Positions 21,287 to 31,138 of a stretch of 64,000 nucleotides of DNA are shown in pieces. The DNA is from Enterobacteria phage RB18. A program made the translations under genes and the position numbers. Numbering within the stretch: position 1 is the stretch's first letter; the number at the start of each line of letters is the position of its first letter. Location of the stretch: the sequence record NC_054906.1; one strand, given 5' to 3'. Below the pieces are notes generated by a model. It was given only the letters and a program-made list of their open reading frames with translations. It was not told the DNA's origin and did no database searches.

Positions 21287-22381
21287 ATGGCAATTGTTAA
21301 AGAAATAACTGCTGATTTAATTAAAAAGTCCGGTGAAACAATTTCAGCCGGACAGAGTACTAAATCAGAAGTAGGAACTAAAACATACACAGCCCAGTTT
21401 CCAACTGGGCGTGCTAGTGGTAATGACACTACAGGGGACTTCCAGGTAACAGATCTATATAAGAATGGATTATTATTTACTGCATACAATATGTCATCTA
21501 GGGATTCTGGAAGTCTTAGAACGATGAGATCTAACTACTCTTCTTCATCTTCGAGTATTTTACGTACAGCCAGAAACACTATCAGTAATACAGTATCAAA
21601 ACTATCAAATGGACTAATATCAGATAATAATTCAGGAACAATAAGTAAAGTTCCTGTTGCAAATATTCTTTTACCTAGATCTAAATCTGACGTCGATACG
21701 TCATCACATAGATTTAATGATGTTCAAGATAGTCTTATTACAAAAGGCGGAGGAACTGCTACGGGCGTATTAAGTAATATGGCTTCAACTGCAGTATTTG
21801 GCGCGCTTGAAAGTATAACACAAGGAATAATGGCTGATAATAATGAACAGATTTATACGACAGCCAGAAGTATGTATGGAGGTGCTGAAAATAGAACTAA
21901 AGTGTTTACATGGGATTTGACTCCACGTTCAACAGAAGATTTAATGGCTATTATTAATATCTATCAATATTTTAACTATTTTTCTTATGGTGAAACGGGT
22001 AAATCTCAATATGCTGCTGAAATAAAAGGATATTTAGATGAGTGGTATCGTTCTACATTTATTGAACCATTAACGCCAGAAGACGCGATTAAAAACAAGA
22101 CGTTATTTGAAAAAATGACATCGAGTTTAACGAACGTTCTTGTAGTTTCAAACCCGACAATTTGGATGGTGAAAAACTTTGGTGCAACTTCTAAATTTGA
22201 TGGAAAGACTGAAGTATTCGGTCCATGCCAAATACAGAGTATTAGATTTGATAAAACACCAAATGGTAACTTTAATGGATTAGCTATTGCTCCTAACCTT
22301 CCAAGTTCTTTTACACTCGAGATTACTATGAGAGAGATTATTACGTTAAACCGTGCTTCTTTATATACGGGGACTTTCTAA
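21287..22381 (+). CDS. 48: Baseplate tail-tube cap gp48 (364 aa)
   Basis: 364 aa; synteny 29-48-54. Confidence 0.92.
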   Translation: MAIVKEITADLIKKSGETISAGQSTKSEVGTKTYTAQFPTGRASGNDTTGDFQVTDLYKNGLLFTAYNMSSRDSGSLRTMRSNYSSSSSSILRTARNTISNTVSKLSNGLISDNNSGTISKVPVANILLPRSKSDVDTSSHRFNDVQDSLITKGGGTATGVLSNMASTAVFGALESITQGIMADNNEQIYTTARSMYGGAENRTKVFTWDLTPRSTEDLMAIINIYQYFNYFSYGETGKSQYAAEIKGYLDEWYRSTFIEPLTPEDAIKNKTLFEKMTSSLTNVLVVSNPTIWMVKNFGATSKFDGKTEVFGPCQIQSIRFDKTPNGNFNGLAIAPNLPSSFTLEITMREIITLNRASLYTGTF

Positions 22382-23346
22382 TGTATTCTTTAGAGGAATT
22401 TAATAATCAAGCAATAAACGCAGACTTCCAACGTAATAATATGTTCAGCTGTGTTTTTGCTACAACTCCATCAACTAAAAGCTCATCGTTAATAAGCTCA
22501 ATTAGTAACTTTGCTTATAATAACTTGGGTCTAAATTCAGATTGGTTGGGATTAACTCAAGGTGATATTAATCAGGGAATTACCACGCTAATTACCGCTG
22601 GCACACAAAAACTAATAAGAAAATCGGGAGTCAGTAAATATCTTATTGGCGCTATGAGTCAGCGTACTGTCCAGAGTTTATTAGGCTCATTTACAGTTGG
22701 TACATATTTAATTGACTTCTTTAACATGGCATATAATTCATCTGGATTGATGATATATTCTGTAAAAATGCCAGAAAATAGATTATCTTATGAAACTGAC
22801 TGGAACTATAACTCTCCTAATATTCGTATAACTGGAAGAGAATTAGACCCTTTGGTTATTTCATTCAGAATGGATTCAGAAGCTTGTAACTATCGTGCAA
22901 TGCAAGACTGGGTTAACGCTGTTCAAGACCCAGTAACTGGATTGCGTGCTTTACCGCAAGATGTCGAGGCAGATATTCAGGTTAATCTTCATTCTCGCAA
23001 TGGATTACCACATACTGCGGTGATGTTCACTGGCTGTATTCCAATATCTGTGAGTGCTCCTGAGTTATCGTATGATGGAGATAACCAAATAACTACATTT
23101 GATGTTACTTTCGCTTATAGAGTCATGCAGGCTGGAGCAGTTGATAGACAAGCTGCCCTTGAATGGCTTGAATCTGCTACTATAAATGGTATTCAAAGCG
23201 TTCTCGGAAATAGTGGAGGTGTTACTGGACTATCTAATTCGCTTTCACGACTTAGTAGATTAGGAGGAACTGCAGGAAGCATTTCAAATATTAATACTAT
23301 GACAGGAATTATCAATTCGCAAAGTAAAATATTAGGAGCAATATAA
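22381..23346 (+). CDS. 54: Baseplate tail-tube initiator gp54
   Basis: TAATG coupling to gene 48; terminator hairpin downstream. Confidence 0.92.
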   Translation: MYSLEEFNNQAINADFQRNNMFSCVFATTPSTKSSSLISSISNFAYNNLGLNSDWLGLTQGDINQGITTLITAGTQKLIRKSGVSKYLIGAMSQRTVQSLLGSFTVGTYLIDFFNMAYNSSGLMIYSVKMPENRLSYETDWNYNSPNIRITGRELDPLVISFRMDSEACNYRAMQDWVNAVQDPVTGLRALPQDVEADIQVNLHSRNGLPHTAVMFTGCIPISVSAPELSYDGDNQITTFDVTFAYRVMQAGAVDRQAALEWLESATINGIQSVLGNSGGVTGLSNSLSRLSRLGGTAGSISNINTMTGIINSQSKILGAI

Positions 23347-23350
23347 CAAT

Positions 23351-23368
23351 GGGGACCGAAAGGTCCCC
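23351..23368. terminator. Terminator GGGGACC-GAAA-GGTCCCC between gene 54 and alt.-3-like gene
   Basis: 7-bp stem, GAAA loop, flanking T/A runs. Confidence 0.8.
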
Positions 23369-23374
23369 ATATTT

Positions 23375-23665
23375 TTATTTACGGAATGAAATAAAAGCAG
23401 CAACTGAAGCAACAGAGGTTTCTTCAATATAAACTTCAATTTTTACCGGAGCTTCTGACTCAAATTTACCTGTTACTACACCCTGAAAAATACTTTCAGT
23501 CTGTTCTGGCTTTGAAAAATTTTCAGAAGGAAAAATTCCGAACTTTTTATCTGTTCCAAAAATTTTAATAAATTCATCGTAAACTGCTTCATTAAAAGCA
23601 TTATCAGCAGGAATAACGCCTTCAACTACAAGTTCTTGACCTAAAAAGCGCAAAGAAGATTTCAT
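23375..23665 (-). CDS. Hypothetical protein (96 aa, T4 alt.-3 position)
   Basis: ATG start with GAGGA SD; preceded by conserved 54-bp leader element. Confidence 0.7.
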   Translation of the reverse strand: MKSSLRFLGQELVVEGVIPADNAFNEAVYDEFIKIFGTDKKFGIFPSENFSKPEQTESIFQGVVTGKFESEAPVKIEVYIEETSVASVAAFISFRK

Positions 23666-23672
23666 TTTGTGT

Positions 23673-23726
23673 TCCTCATGTTATGTCAGTAAGACTACTA
23701 TAACACAATATGAGGGACTTGTAAAC
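23673..23726 (-). repeat. 54-bp leader element, copy A (early-type promoter GTTTAC-N18-TATAGT plus leader stem-loop) upstream of alt.-3-like gene
   Basis: 51 of 54 identical to 38812-38865; -35 at 23721-23726 overlaps stop of Alt paralog. Confidence 0.7.
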
Positions 23727-25783
23727 TACATTTTGAACTTTTTAGACATTCCGTTGATGTTAACCAAAGAAGCTAAGATTTGAGAAACTTCGTTTTCCTC
23801 TTCTTTTGATTCTTCTACAAGGAATTGATTAAATCCAGCCATTGGACGAACTTCTCCGGTTTCCATTAGATAGTCACCATCATATACTGATTCTTCTAAT
23901 TGTTCAGAAGGAGGAACGATTGTACCTTCGATTAGATACTTGTTATAAGCAGTTTCTTTCATAAAGTAAGTACTTACTTTATTAATCTTCAGTAAAATTC
24001 CACGCGGTAGAATAACTTCAGCTTCTGATGGAAATCCTGTTAAATGACCTGGAACGATAACTTTGATTCGCTCAGCTCCTTTAATTACCATACCCACGCT
24101 AGTTTCAGCATCTTCATTAGCATATGTAGAATGACTACCCATATGCATCAAATCTTCTGCATCAACAGAACCTTCTCCTTCACCAGAAAATACTGCGCCG
24201 GAATCATCTAGAGCCATATAGTTTTTACCATGCTCACCGAAGATATTTGGTTTAAGTGATGTCGATACGAAGTTCTTGAAATAGAACATTTTGTTTTCAA
24301 TGTTATGACGCAAAGTTTTAAAGGTAACTTCTTGTCCACGATAAAGCGTAGTTCCTGGAGGAAGAACTGAACCTTTAGCGAATGCAGAATCCAACGTCTC
24401 GATGTGCTTAATAGCTCGTTCCATATATTCTTCACGGGTAGAATCTGGTTTACCCAAAAGGAACGAGTTCATTTCAACATATGAATCTGCACAATAATCT
24501 TCAATTACATCAGATTCAGCTTGAGTTAATCCTTTTGGAGTTACTTCGGTGCTTGCGTATTCATATGCCTGAGCAGCAGATTCATTAATCAATTTATAAA
24601 TGCCATTCATGACAAATTGAATAATAGCTGTCTTTTCATCTGGCGTAGCTTTAGAACCTTTAACCAAATCATTGATAATTTTCTTAATAACATCAAAGCT
24701 ATTAGAAATATTAATATCAGCAAGATCGCTTAAAATTTTATCAGTTTTATAATCAAAGAATTCTTTATTCTTTAAATATTCTTGAGAACCTTGATATGTT
24801 ATATCGCTCTGCAACTTGATGGATGGATCACGTAAACGTGCATGGGCTAATGCAATATGATTTCGGAAGTTTTCTAGTTCATAATCGCTAGATTTAAAAC
24901 GAGAAGCACTCCTCATACCACCGATAGCTCCTTTGTTGAAGTTTGAACCAATCTGAATAACGCCAGAGTTCATTGGTCCTTCTGCTTTATATACCGGAAC
25001 TTTGGATTCAAACTCTTGATATTTCTTAGCAGCGAAGCTATCACCCTGAAGTGAAGCATCAACAGTAGAATATTGAGCTTGTGCTGCTAATCGACGACTA
25101 ATTTTAGTTTTCTGAATAACAGCTTGGTCAGTGCGCTTATCATTTTCTAAAGCAATAGAAGCAGCAACTGCGACAGCTTTAGGAACAGCATTACCTGTTT
25201 TAACGTCTACATAAACATCACCAACCTTTGATTCAACTTTTGTGAATAACTCAGCTGAAATAGGAGGTACACCTGGAATGTCTTCTAAATTGGCATTTTT
25301 ACGGTAAACCATAATATATGCATATTTCTTATCATAGTCCCAGATTTCCTTTAAAAGAACATATCGGCCTGCTCCTTTAGTACGTACTAAACGGTCAGCA
25401 ATAACTTGCATTTGACGAGCAGCGCCATTTGTTTTACTCTTTAGTACGCGGAATAAGCATGCATCAATTTTATACTGTTTCATTGTTTGAAGAGCAGTAT
25501 CAAAAACAGCATTAATGACGCCAATTGGATTTCCACCCAAGTTTTTAAGCTTAACTAATGATAGTTTCTCATTAACACCTATCATTACGATATGCATCAT
25601 TTTGTCGCCTGGCTTAACGTTTTTATTCGTATCACCGCCAGAGGTGTATGTACAAAATCTAAATCCGGGGAGAACGCTTTCTTCACCGGCTTGAATAGCA
25701 AAAATTTGTGGTATTTTATGCTTAGGATTTAAGTTAACAACCGGCGCCGAAGCGCCGTCAAATAATTCTGTAATAAGTTCCAT
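23726..25783 (-). CDS. Alt-like mono-ADP-ribosyltransferase paralog (685 aa), intact
   Basis: N-terminus MELITELFDG identical in type to Alt; C-terminal R (LYRGQ), STS (FVSTSL) and EAEV motifs; diverged central region. Confidence 0.85.
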   Translation of the reverse strand: MELITELFDGASAPVVNLNPKHKIPQIFAIQAGEESVLPGFRFCTYTSGGDTNKNVKPGDKMMHIVMIGVNEKLSLVKLKNLGGNPIGVINAVFDTALQTMKQYKIDACLFRVLKSKTNGAARQMQVIADRLVRTKGAGRYVLLKEIWDYDKKYAYIMVYRKNANLEDIPGVPPISAELFTKVESKVGDVYVDVKTGNAVPKAVAVAASIALENDKRTDQAVIQKTKISRRLAAQAQYSTVDASLQGDSFAAKKYQEFESKVPVYKAEGPMNSGVIQIGSNFNKGAIGGMRSASRFKSSDYELENFRNHIALAHARLRDPSIKLQSDITYQGSQEYLKNKEFFDYKTDKILSDLADINISNSFDVIKKIINDLVKGSKATPDEKTAIIQFVMNGIYKLINESAAQAYEYASTEVTPKGLTQAESDVIEDYCADSYVEMNSFLLGKPDSTREEYMERAIKHIETLDSAFAKGSVLPPGTTLYRGQEVTFKTLRHNIENKMFYFKNFVSTSLKPNIFGEHGKNYMALDDSGAVFSGEGEGSVDAEDLMHMGSHSTYANEDAETSVGMVIKGAERIKVIVPGHLTGFPSEAEVILPRGILLKINKVSTYFMKETAYNKYLIEGTIVPPSEQLEESVYDGDYLMETGEVRPMAGFNQFLVEESKEEENEVSQILASLVNINGMSKKFKM

Positions 25784-25786
25784 GAT

Positions 25787-27883
25787 TTATCCTTGAACGA
25801 ACTTGTAAGGCATGTTTGTAATATCTATGCAAGACGCAATAATTCCAAGAGATGATTCTACTTTCTGTTTAACATTTGATGAAACAAATGATGCAAAGTC
25901 AACTCTGTCTTCTATTTCAATATCACCTGTCATTGCAACCAATTCACCAGTTTCCATTAAATGGTCTCCGTCATAGATTACCGATTCGGTGAGTTCTTCG
26001 GTGGTCATAACTTCAGCTTGAATGAGTTTTGTATTATTAGACGTGGTTCCGTCATTATTAGAAGCATCAGTTATTTTATTAACTTTGACCATCAATCCGC
26101 GCGGTAGAATAACTTCAGCTTCTGTTGCTATTCCGAGATTTCCTGGATATACAACATTAACTTTATGAGCTCCATCAATTGCCCATCCTATTTGAACTTT
26201 AACGTATTCAGGATTTTCTTTATACGCTCTTATTTCGCTTGGATTAATAGTTATTCCTTCTTCATTTTTATCAACTGTCAATTCATTACGAGCTTCTGGT
26301 TCTAAAAGACCAATACCAGCATGTGTAATTCCAAAACGTCCAAAAATGATAGGAGTTAAAGAAGTAGATACAAAATTTCTGAAATAGAACACTTTATTTT
26401 TAACTAGTGCTTCGTATATAGGAGCAGTCATACTTTGAGCACGATAAACTGTGATGCCTTCCGGTATGCGGTCACCATTTTCAAAAGCTGAATCTAAGTT
26501 ATTTATAGCAGATTCAATTTCTTTTTCACTCATTACATCATATCGTTCTGGATTGTAACGACCTAAAAGAAGATTATTGATGTCAGTATATCCTGAACCG
26601 CAATATTCTCTAATGCCACGCTTTTGTGATGGAGTATATTTAGAACCATCGCGGGCAATAGTAATATCAATCATTGGACCAGCACCAATTCCAGAAAAAC
26701 TGTAAATCATTCGTTTGAGGAATTTAGTTTTTGCTGCGTTCCAGGAATTTTTAGTTATTTCTTCCCAGACTTCATCTGGTTGTCCTTTACGATTTTTATT
26801 ATGATTAGCAAGCCATTTATCTTTATAATCTTCAAAGAATTGATTTACAGCTGCTGCGTATTTCTCTAAACATTTTATTGAAGTAGTTGGTTCATTTTTA
26901 ATTGCATTAAAAATTACTTCTTTAATTTTTTCTGAAACTTCACCGACTTGACTCATTGGAAAGAATTTATAATCATAGTGAAGTTCATCTGCCGTTCCTT
27001 CAGCAATAATTTTTGCTGCCTTTGTTTTAGAAGCTAATGAATTAATTCCAATTTTCATTTCTTCTGCTTCGGGAATTAAAGGTGCAGTAGCTGGTTTATT
27101 AAAATTAGCTGCTGTAGATTCATACTTCTGGAATAATTCACTTTCAAATCTAGAAGATTCCAATGACTGACTTTGTGCAATTGCTCTACGGGAAATTTTA
27201 ACTTTAACGATTACAGCTTGGTCAGAACGTTTATCATTTTCTTGCGCAATAGATGCTGCAATTGCCTCATTTTTAGTTACTTGGGCTCCAGTATCTTTAT
27301 TGATATAAACATCACCGACTTTCGATTCAACTTTAGTAAAGAGCTCGGTACTAATTTCCGGAACTCCTGGAATGTCTTCTAGTGATACATTTTTGCGATG
27401 TATAAGAATATATGCATACTTTTTATCGTAATCCCAGAGTTCCTTAAGAAGGACGTATCTACCACCTGAACGACTACGGATAAGTCTATCAGCAATAACT
27501 TGAATTTGTCGAGCTTGGCCAGCAGTTTTAGACTTAAGAATACGAAGCATACAAGCATCAATTTTATATTGACGCATTGTTTGCATTGCAACAGTAAAAA
27601 CTGAATTGATATAATTAATCGGGCTTGGACCAAGACCTTTTAATTTGGCAATTGAACCTTTAGCAGTTAATGTAAAAGGAACAATATGCATCATTTTATC
27701 GCCCATCTTTAAATCGCGATTAGTATCACCTCCAGATGTATAGGTACATAAACGAAAGCCTGGTTGTTCAATTGCATCATCAACATGAACTGAAAAAATT
27801 TGTGGTATTTTCTTCTTTGGATTTAAGTTTGTAATCGGAAGAGTAGTATCTTCGTCAAATAATTCTGTAATAAGTTCCATCAT
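25787..27883 (-). CDS. alt: Alt ADP-ribosyltransferase, packaged internal head protein (697-698 aa)
   Basis: MELITELFDEDTTLPITNLNPKK N-terminus; VYRAQ / FVSTSL / TEAEV ART motifs; TATAAATA upstream; adjacent to gene 30 as in T4. Confidence 0.92.
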   Translation of the reverse strand: MMELITELFDEDTTLPITNLNPKKKIPQIFSVHVDDAIEQPGFRLCTYTSGGDTNRDLKMGDKMMHIVPFTLTAKGSIAKLKGLGPSPINYINSVFTVAMQTMRQYKIDACMLRILKSKTAGQARQIQVIADRLIRSRSGGRYVLLKELWDYDKKYAYILIHRKNVSLEDIPGVPEISTELFTKVESKVGDVYINKDTGAQVTKNEAIAASIAQENDKRSDQAVIVKVKISRRAIAQSQSLESSRFESELFQKYESTAANFNKPATAPLIPEAEEMKIGINSLASKTKAAKIIAEGTADELHYDYKFFPMSQVGEVSEKIKEVIFNAIKNEPTTSIKCLEKYAAAVNQFFEDYKDKWLANHNKNRKGQPDEVWEEITKNSWNAAKTKFLKRMIYSFSGIGAGPMIDITIARDGSKYTPSQKRGIREYCGSGYTDINNLLLGRYNPERYDVMSEKEIESAINNLDSAFENGDRIPEGITVYRAQSMTAPIYEALVKNKVFYFRNFVSTSLTPIIFGRFGITHAGIGLLEPEARNELTVDKNEEGITINPSEIRAYKENPEYVKVQIGWAIDGAHKVNVVYPGNLGIATEAEVILPRGLMVKVNKITDASNNDGTTSNNTKLIQAEVMTTEELTESVIYDGDHLMETGELVAMTGDIEIEDRVDFASFVSSNVKQKVESSLGIIASCIDITNMPYKFVQG

Positions 27884-27903
27884 AGCCTCTCTAGTGTTTA
27901 TTC

Positions 27904-27911
27904 TATTTATA
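27904..27911 (-). promoter_or_regulatory. Late promoter TATAAATA on minus strand (alt)
   Basis: Forward TATTTATA, about 20 nt upstream of alt ATG. Confidence 0.7.
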
Positions 27912-27917
27912 AAATTA

Positions 27918-27934
27918 AAGGCCCGAAGGCCTTT
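27918..27934 (-). terminator. Hairpin AAGGCC-CGAA-GGCCTT after gene 30 operon
   Basis: GC stem with CGAA loop. Confidence 0.55.
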
Positions 27935-28121
27935 AATAATCTAGTGGTAAGAGAGTACGGTATATTTCAAACTTTGGACCTTTTTCATAGGCATCAAATG
28001 TTTCTGTGAATTTATTATAAGCATATGCATCTACAAATTCGAGAATGACTTGTGATACAGAAGTAGAAACATCTCCACCTTCTTTTTGAGCAATGACAAT
28101 TGTTTCTAAGTAAGCTTTCAT
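27933..28121 (-). CDS. Small hypothetical protein (62 aa)
   Basis: ATG start overlapping gene 30 stop; hairpin downstream. Confidence 0.55.
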   Translation of the reverse strand: MKAYLETIVIAQKEGGDVSTSVSQVILEFVDAYAYNKFTETFDAYEKGPKFEIYRTLLPLDY

Positions 28122-29581
28122 AAACCAGTTACCTCATGAAAATCACCAAATACATCCTCGAATGTATTAGCTTTAGTTTTATCTTCACGTAAACGAATCG
28201 CAATCGGAAGAAATAATTTAACGTAATCAGTGCGGCCATCAGATTTTAACCAACCGTTACATTCGCACTCTAGAATTTTTCCAATATAATAATTTTGGTT
28301 TTCCATAATGCGAGTACGGTCAAGTTCATGTGATTTTACGCCGGCTTTATCTTTTAAGCCTGAACCAGCATTTACCTTAATTTTTCCACACTCTGACTCA
28401 AGAATAAATCCACCCGCTTTAGTAGGGTCTTTACGGTGAGGATAAATTCCTACAATTTTTAAATCAACATCAATTACTTCTTTAAATTTATAGAGATTTT
28501 TTGAACGAGCATTTTCCCATAATCCATCGATATTTTTGAGAATAATACCTTCAAGACCTTGGTCAATATACTTTTTATAAATTACCTTAGCTTCATCTAG
28601 GTTATTTACTACTTGGTTTTCAATTAAAATTACTTTATCATATCCTGATGTCATTTGTTCTAGTTTAGAAAAACGTACATCATATTTTAAACGAAACACC
28701 GGAAGACCATATATTTCTACTAATGGAACATAGTCCCAGACCTGAAACTTCATGCATTGAGCTTCTTTTTCTGAAATAGTTCCCTTTAAAGATTTATTGG
28801 CGATGCCATTAGATGCAGTACGTGATTCAGCTACTTCGGCGAATTCTTTAGCTTTACTAATTTCAGGATAAGCATCAAAAAGAAAATCTAGGCCTTCTGG
28901 CTCCTTTTTAACTTGCTCATGGTATACCAATTCGCCATCAATTAACACACCTTCTGGATGAATCTGGCGGGCTTCAGCGGTCATTTTAATTAACTCTTCC
29001 TTAAGAAGATCTAATCCTAGATATTCATTACCAGCTCGTGATAAAAGACGAACATCATCTAATTCATCACCTCTGACTTCAGCAAAGCACCGAGCTCCAT
29101 CAGCTTTTAACTGGGCAAAAGCTGGAAATTTGATATTCTTATTAATGCCTTTTTCATCATAAGAACTTGCAAGCATTTGAGGTTGTTCAGGAATTAAACC
29201 TGGCCAAACTTTGTTTGCAATAGATACTGAAGCACCGCATTCAAGGTCTCGCATCATCACACGACGCAAAACTTCAACATCATCTTTTTTACCGTCAGTA
29301 ATATATCCAGTTAATTCCTCAATTGCCGCATTTCCAGTCAATTTCCGAGTAGCTAACGTTAATTCAATGAAGTCAAGCATATCGGTAAGAGTCAACATTC
29401 CAAAACTCTGGGTAGCAATACCCGGTTTAGGCCATTTCTTGATATAATACTGTAACCCGCGAGAATAAGTCAGACGATATACTCGTTTAAGCAATTCATT
29501 ATCTTTGTTCTTTTCAAGAATTGCTTGCTTCTGCTTAGTTGAACCAATAGATGCTATTTCGTTCAGAATTTTAAGAATCAT
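28118..29581 (-). CDS. 30: ATP-dependent DNA ligase gp30 (487 aa)
   Basis: 487 aa; adenylation lysine context; synteny. Confidence 0.93.
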   Translation of the reverse strand: MILKILNEIASIGSTKQKQAILEKNKDNELLKRVYRLTYSRGLQYYIKKWPKPGIATQSFGMLTLTDMLDFIELTLATRKLTGNAAIEELTGYITDGKKDDVEVLRRVMMRDLECGASVSIANKVWPGLIPEQPQMLASSYDEKGINKNIKFPAFAQLKADGARCFAEVRGDELDDVRLLSRAGNEYLGLDLLKEELIKMTAEARQIHPEGVLIDGELVYHEQVKKEPEGLDFLFDAYPEISKAKEFAEVAESRTASNGIANKSLKGTISEKEAQCMKFQVWDYVPLVEIYGLPVFRLKYDVRFSKLEQMTSGYDKVILIENQVVNNLDEAKVIYKKYIDQGLEGIILKNIDGLWENARSKNLYKFKEVIDVDLKIVGIYPHRKDPTKAGGFILESECGKIKVNAGSGLKDKAGVKSHELDRTRIMENQNYYIGKILECECNGWLKSDGRTDYVKLFLPIAIRLREDKTKANTFEDVFGDFHEVTGL

Positions 29582-29847
29582 TGTTCATCCTTTAGAGTTT
29601 GGTTTACAGCTCTATTATAAATCAATTCATCATTAAGCTCAGTCAAAGACCTGTGGTACGTGGTTCTAACTTTATTTCCTTGCATCCAGTGCTTGACGTA
29701 AATGAAACCTTGCTCTACACATTTTTTAAAAATTCGTTCGTCTTTTTGAGCTCGGAATTCTGGATTGCATCTAAAAAATTGATTTACGTGACCGTAATCA
29801 CGTGTAGTATTACCTTCATTTTCATAAATAGTGTGAACGACAAACAT
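29578..29847 (-). CDS. Hypothetical protein (89 aa, T4 30.1 position)
   Basis: ATGA coupling; synteny. Confidence 0.65.
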   Translation of the reverse strand: MFVVHTIYENEGNTTRDYGHVNQFFRCNPEFRAQKDERIFKKCVEQGFIYVKHWMQGNKVRTTYHRSLTELNDELIYNRAVNQTLKDEQ

Positions 29848-30683
29848 TAGAATGCTCCTTGGAAAATATTATCACCACTAGTAGGTCTATTATACAAATA
29901 CTCTATGCCACCAGGTTTAATATAGTTCCATGTCTGAAACGGATGTGTCTGATATGGATGATATAGATTATAAGGATTAAATCCAGGAGTTCTCCAGGTA
30001 GTGTTCCAAGGAAAAGAATCATTTTTAATCATCTTTTCAATTACATCTTTTATAACTTTTTCACTATCAAAACTTTCTTTATTTTCCTTCGATGGAAAAA
30101 GCTTATTCTCTACATCATTCCATGTATAAACTCGCTGAGCGGTTTTTGGAATACTGTCACGCTCCCCTCGAGCCATCCAATAAACAGGAACATTTAATAT
30201 TTCACTCGCGTGATCGCAATGGTGAGCGAGATCGTCAATATAACAAATTACGTTATATTTCTCTTTTGCCTTTTTGAACAACTCTTCTTTTGAAGAATCA
30301 TGACCACACATCAATACTTCTGAGAAGGCACCAGGAAAAAGAGCATTCAAATTAAATTGACGATTCAGCAGAGCGTCAATAGAATCACCCAATGCTGTAA
30401 CAGCTACAAAATTATAATCTTCTTTTAATTTGTTAATTACACACAGGGCATCTTTATATGGAGACAAGTAACGAATAAAATCTGAACGATTATACTTTTC
30501 GATTAATTTAACACCGAGTTCTTCATCGCAATTAAAGAGCTTACCAGGAGAAATAAATTTTTCGTCCTGAATCATTTTTAAAATATGTTCCAACGGAAGA
30601 TTATATTTTTGGGCAAAATAAGGAAGGCCCGATTGCCAGCTTAAACATACCCCGTCAATATCAGTCAAAATAGTAGGCTTCAT
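29847..30683 (-). CDS. HAD-superfamily hydrolase-like protein (278 aa, T4 30.2 position)
   Basis: N-terminal DIDGV motif I of HAD phosphatases; downstream DD motif. Confidence 0.7.
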   Translation of the reverse strand: MKPTILTDIDGVCLSWQSGLPYFAQKYNLPLEHILKMIQDEKFISPGKLFNCDEELGVKLIEKYNRSDFIRYLSPYKDALCVINKLKEDYNFVAVTALGDSIDALLNRQFNLNALFPGAFSEVLMCGHDSSKEELFKKAKEKYNVICYIDDLAHHCDHASEILNVPVYWMARGERDSIPKTAQRVYTWNDVENKLFPSKENKESFDSEKVIKDVIEKMIKNDSFPWNTTWRTPGFNPYNLYHPYQTHPFQTWNYIKPGGIEYLYNRPTSGDNIFQGAF

Positions 30684-31138
30684 AGAGAGTCTCTTAATAG
30701 GTTTAACACATCAATAAATTCAGCTTCGGTTAGTATTGTATCATCTTTTGTTAGACCGCTGGCCATGCTGTGCTTCAAAATTTTTCCTTTAGAGGCTTGT
30801 AAGGCATCACGAAACCCCTTGTTTTGAATCGCTGCTTCAAAATATGCATTTGTGTACAACTCTTTCCACGCTGGTGAGTATCTTGAAAACGGAACTCCAA
30901 GCCAGAAGAGGGTCCCACGGTCCTGAGCTCTAGCATAAGACCTTCCAGCTTGTTGGGCGGCAAGCCCGGATAACCCAAATATACGTCTTTGCTGCTCAAC
31001 ATTTTTCACCTTGCATCCTTGGAGGAATCCTTCGAGACCTCCAAATTGAATACCATCCATGACGAAAGGCCATTGGGCGAAATTACTTAATGCGCATGAT
31101 GGCCATCTAAAATTGCTTCTAATCTCTAACTCAGACAT
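30680..31138 (-). CDS. NADAR/YbiA-like (DUF1768-type) protein (T4 30.3 position)
   Basis: SNFAQWP...DG...E...Q..K pattern resembling YbiA core; track ORF begins at TTG 31144, first ATG 31138. Confidence 0.55.
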   Translation of the reverse strand: MSELEIRSNFRWPSCALSNFAQWPFVMDGIQFGGLEGFLQGCKVKNVEQQRRIFGLSGLAAQQAGRSYARAQDRGTLFWLGVPFSRYSPAWKELYTNAYFEAAIQNKGFRDALQASKGKILKHSMASGLTKDDTILTEAEFIDVLNLLRDSL

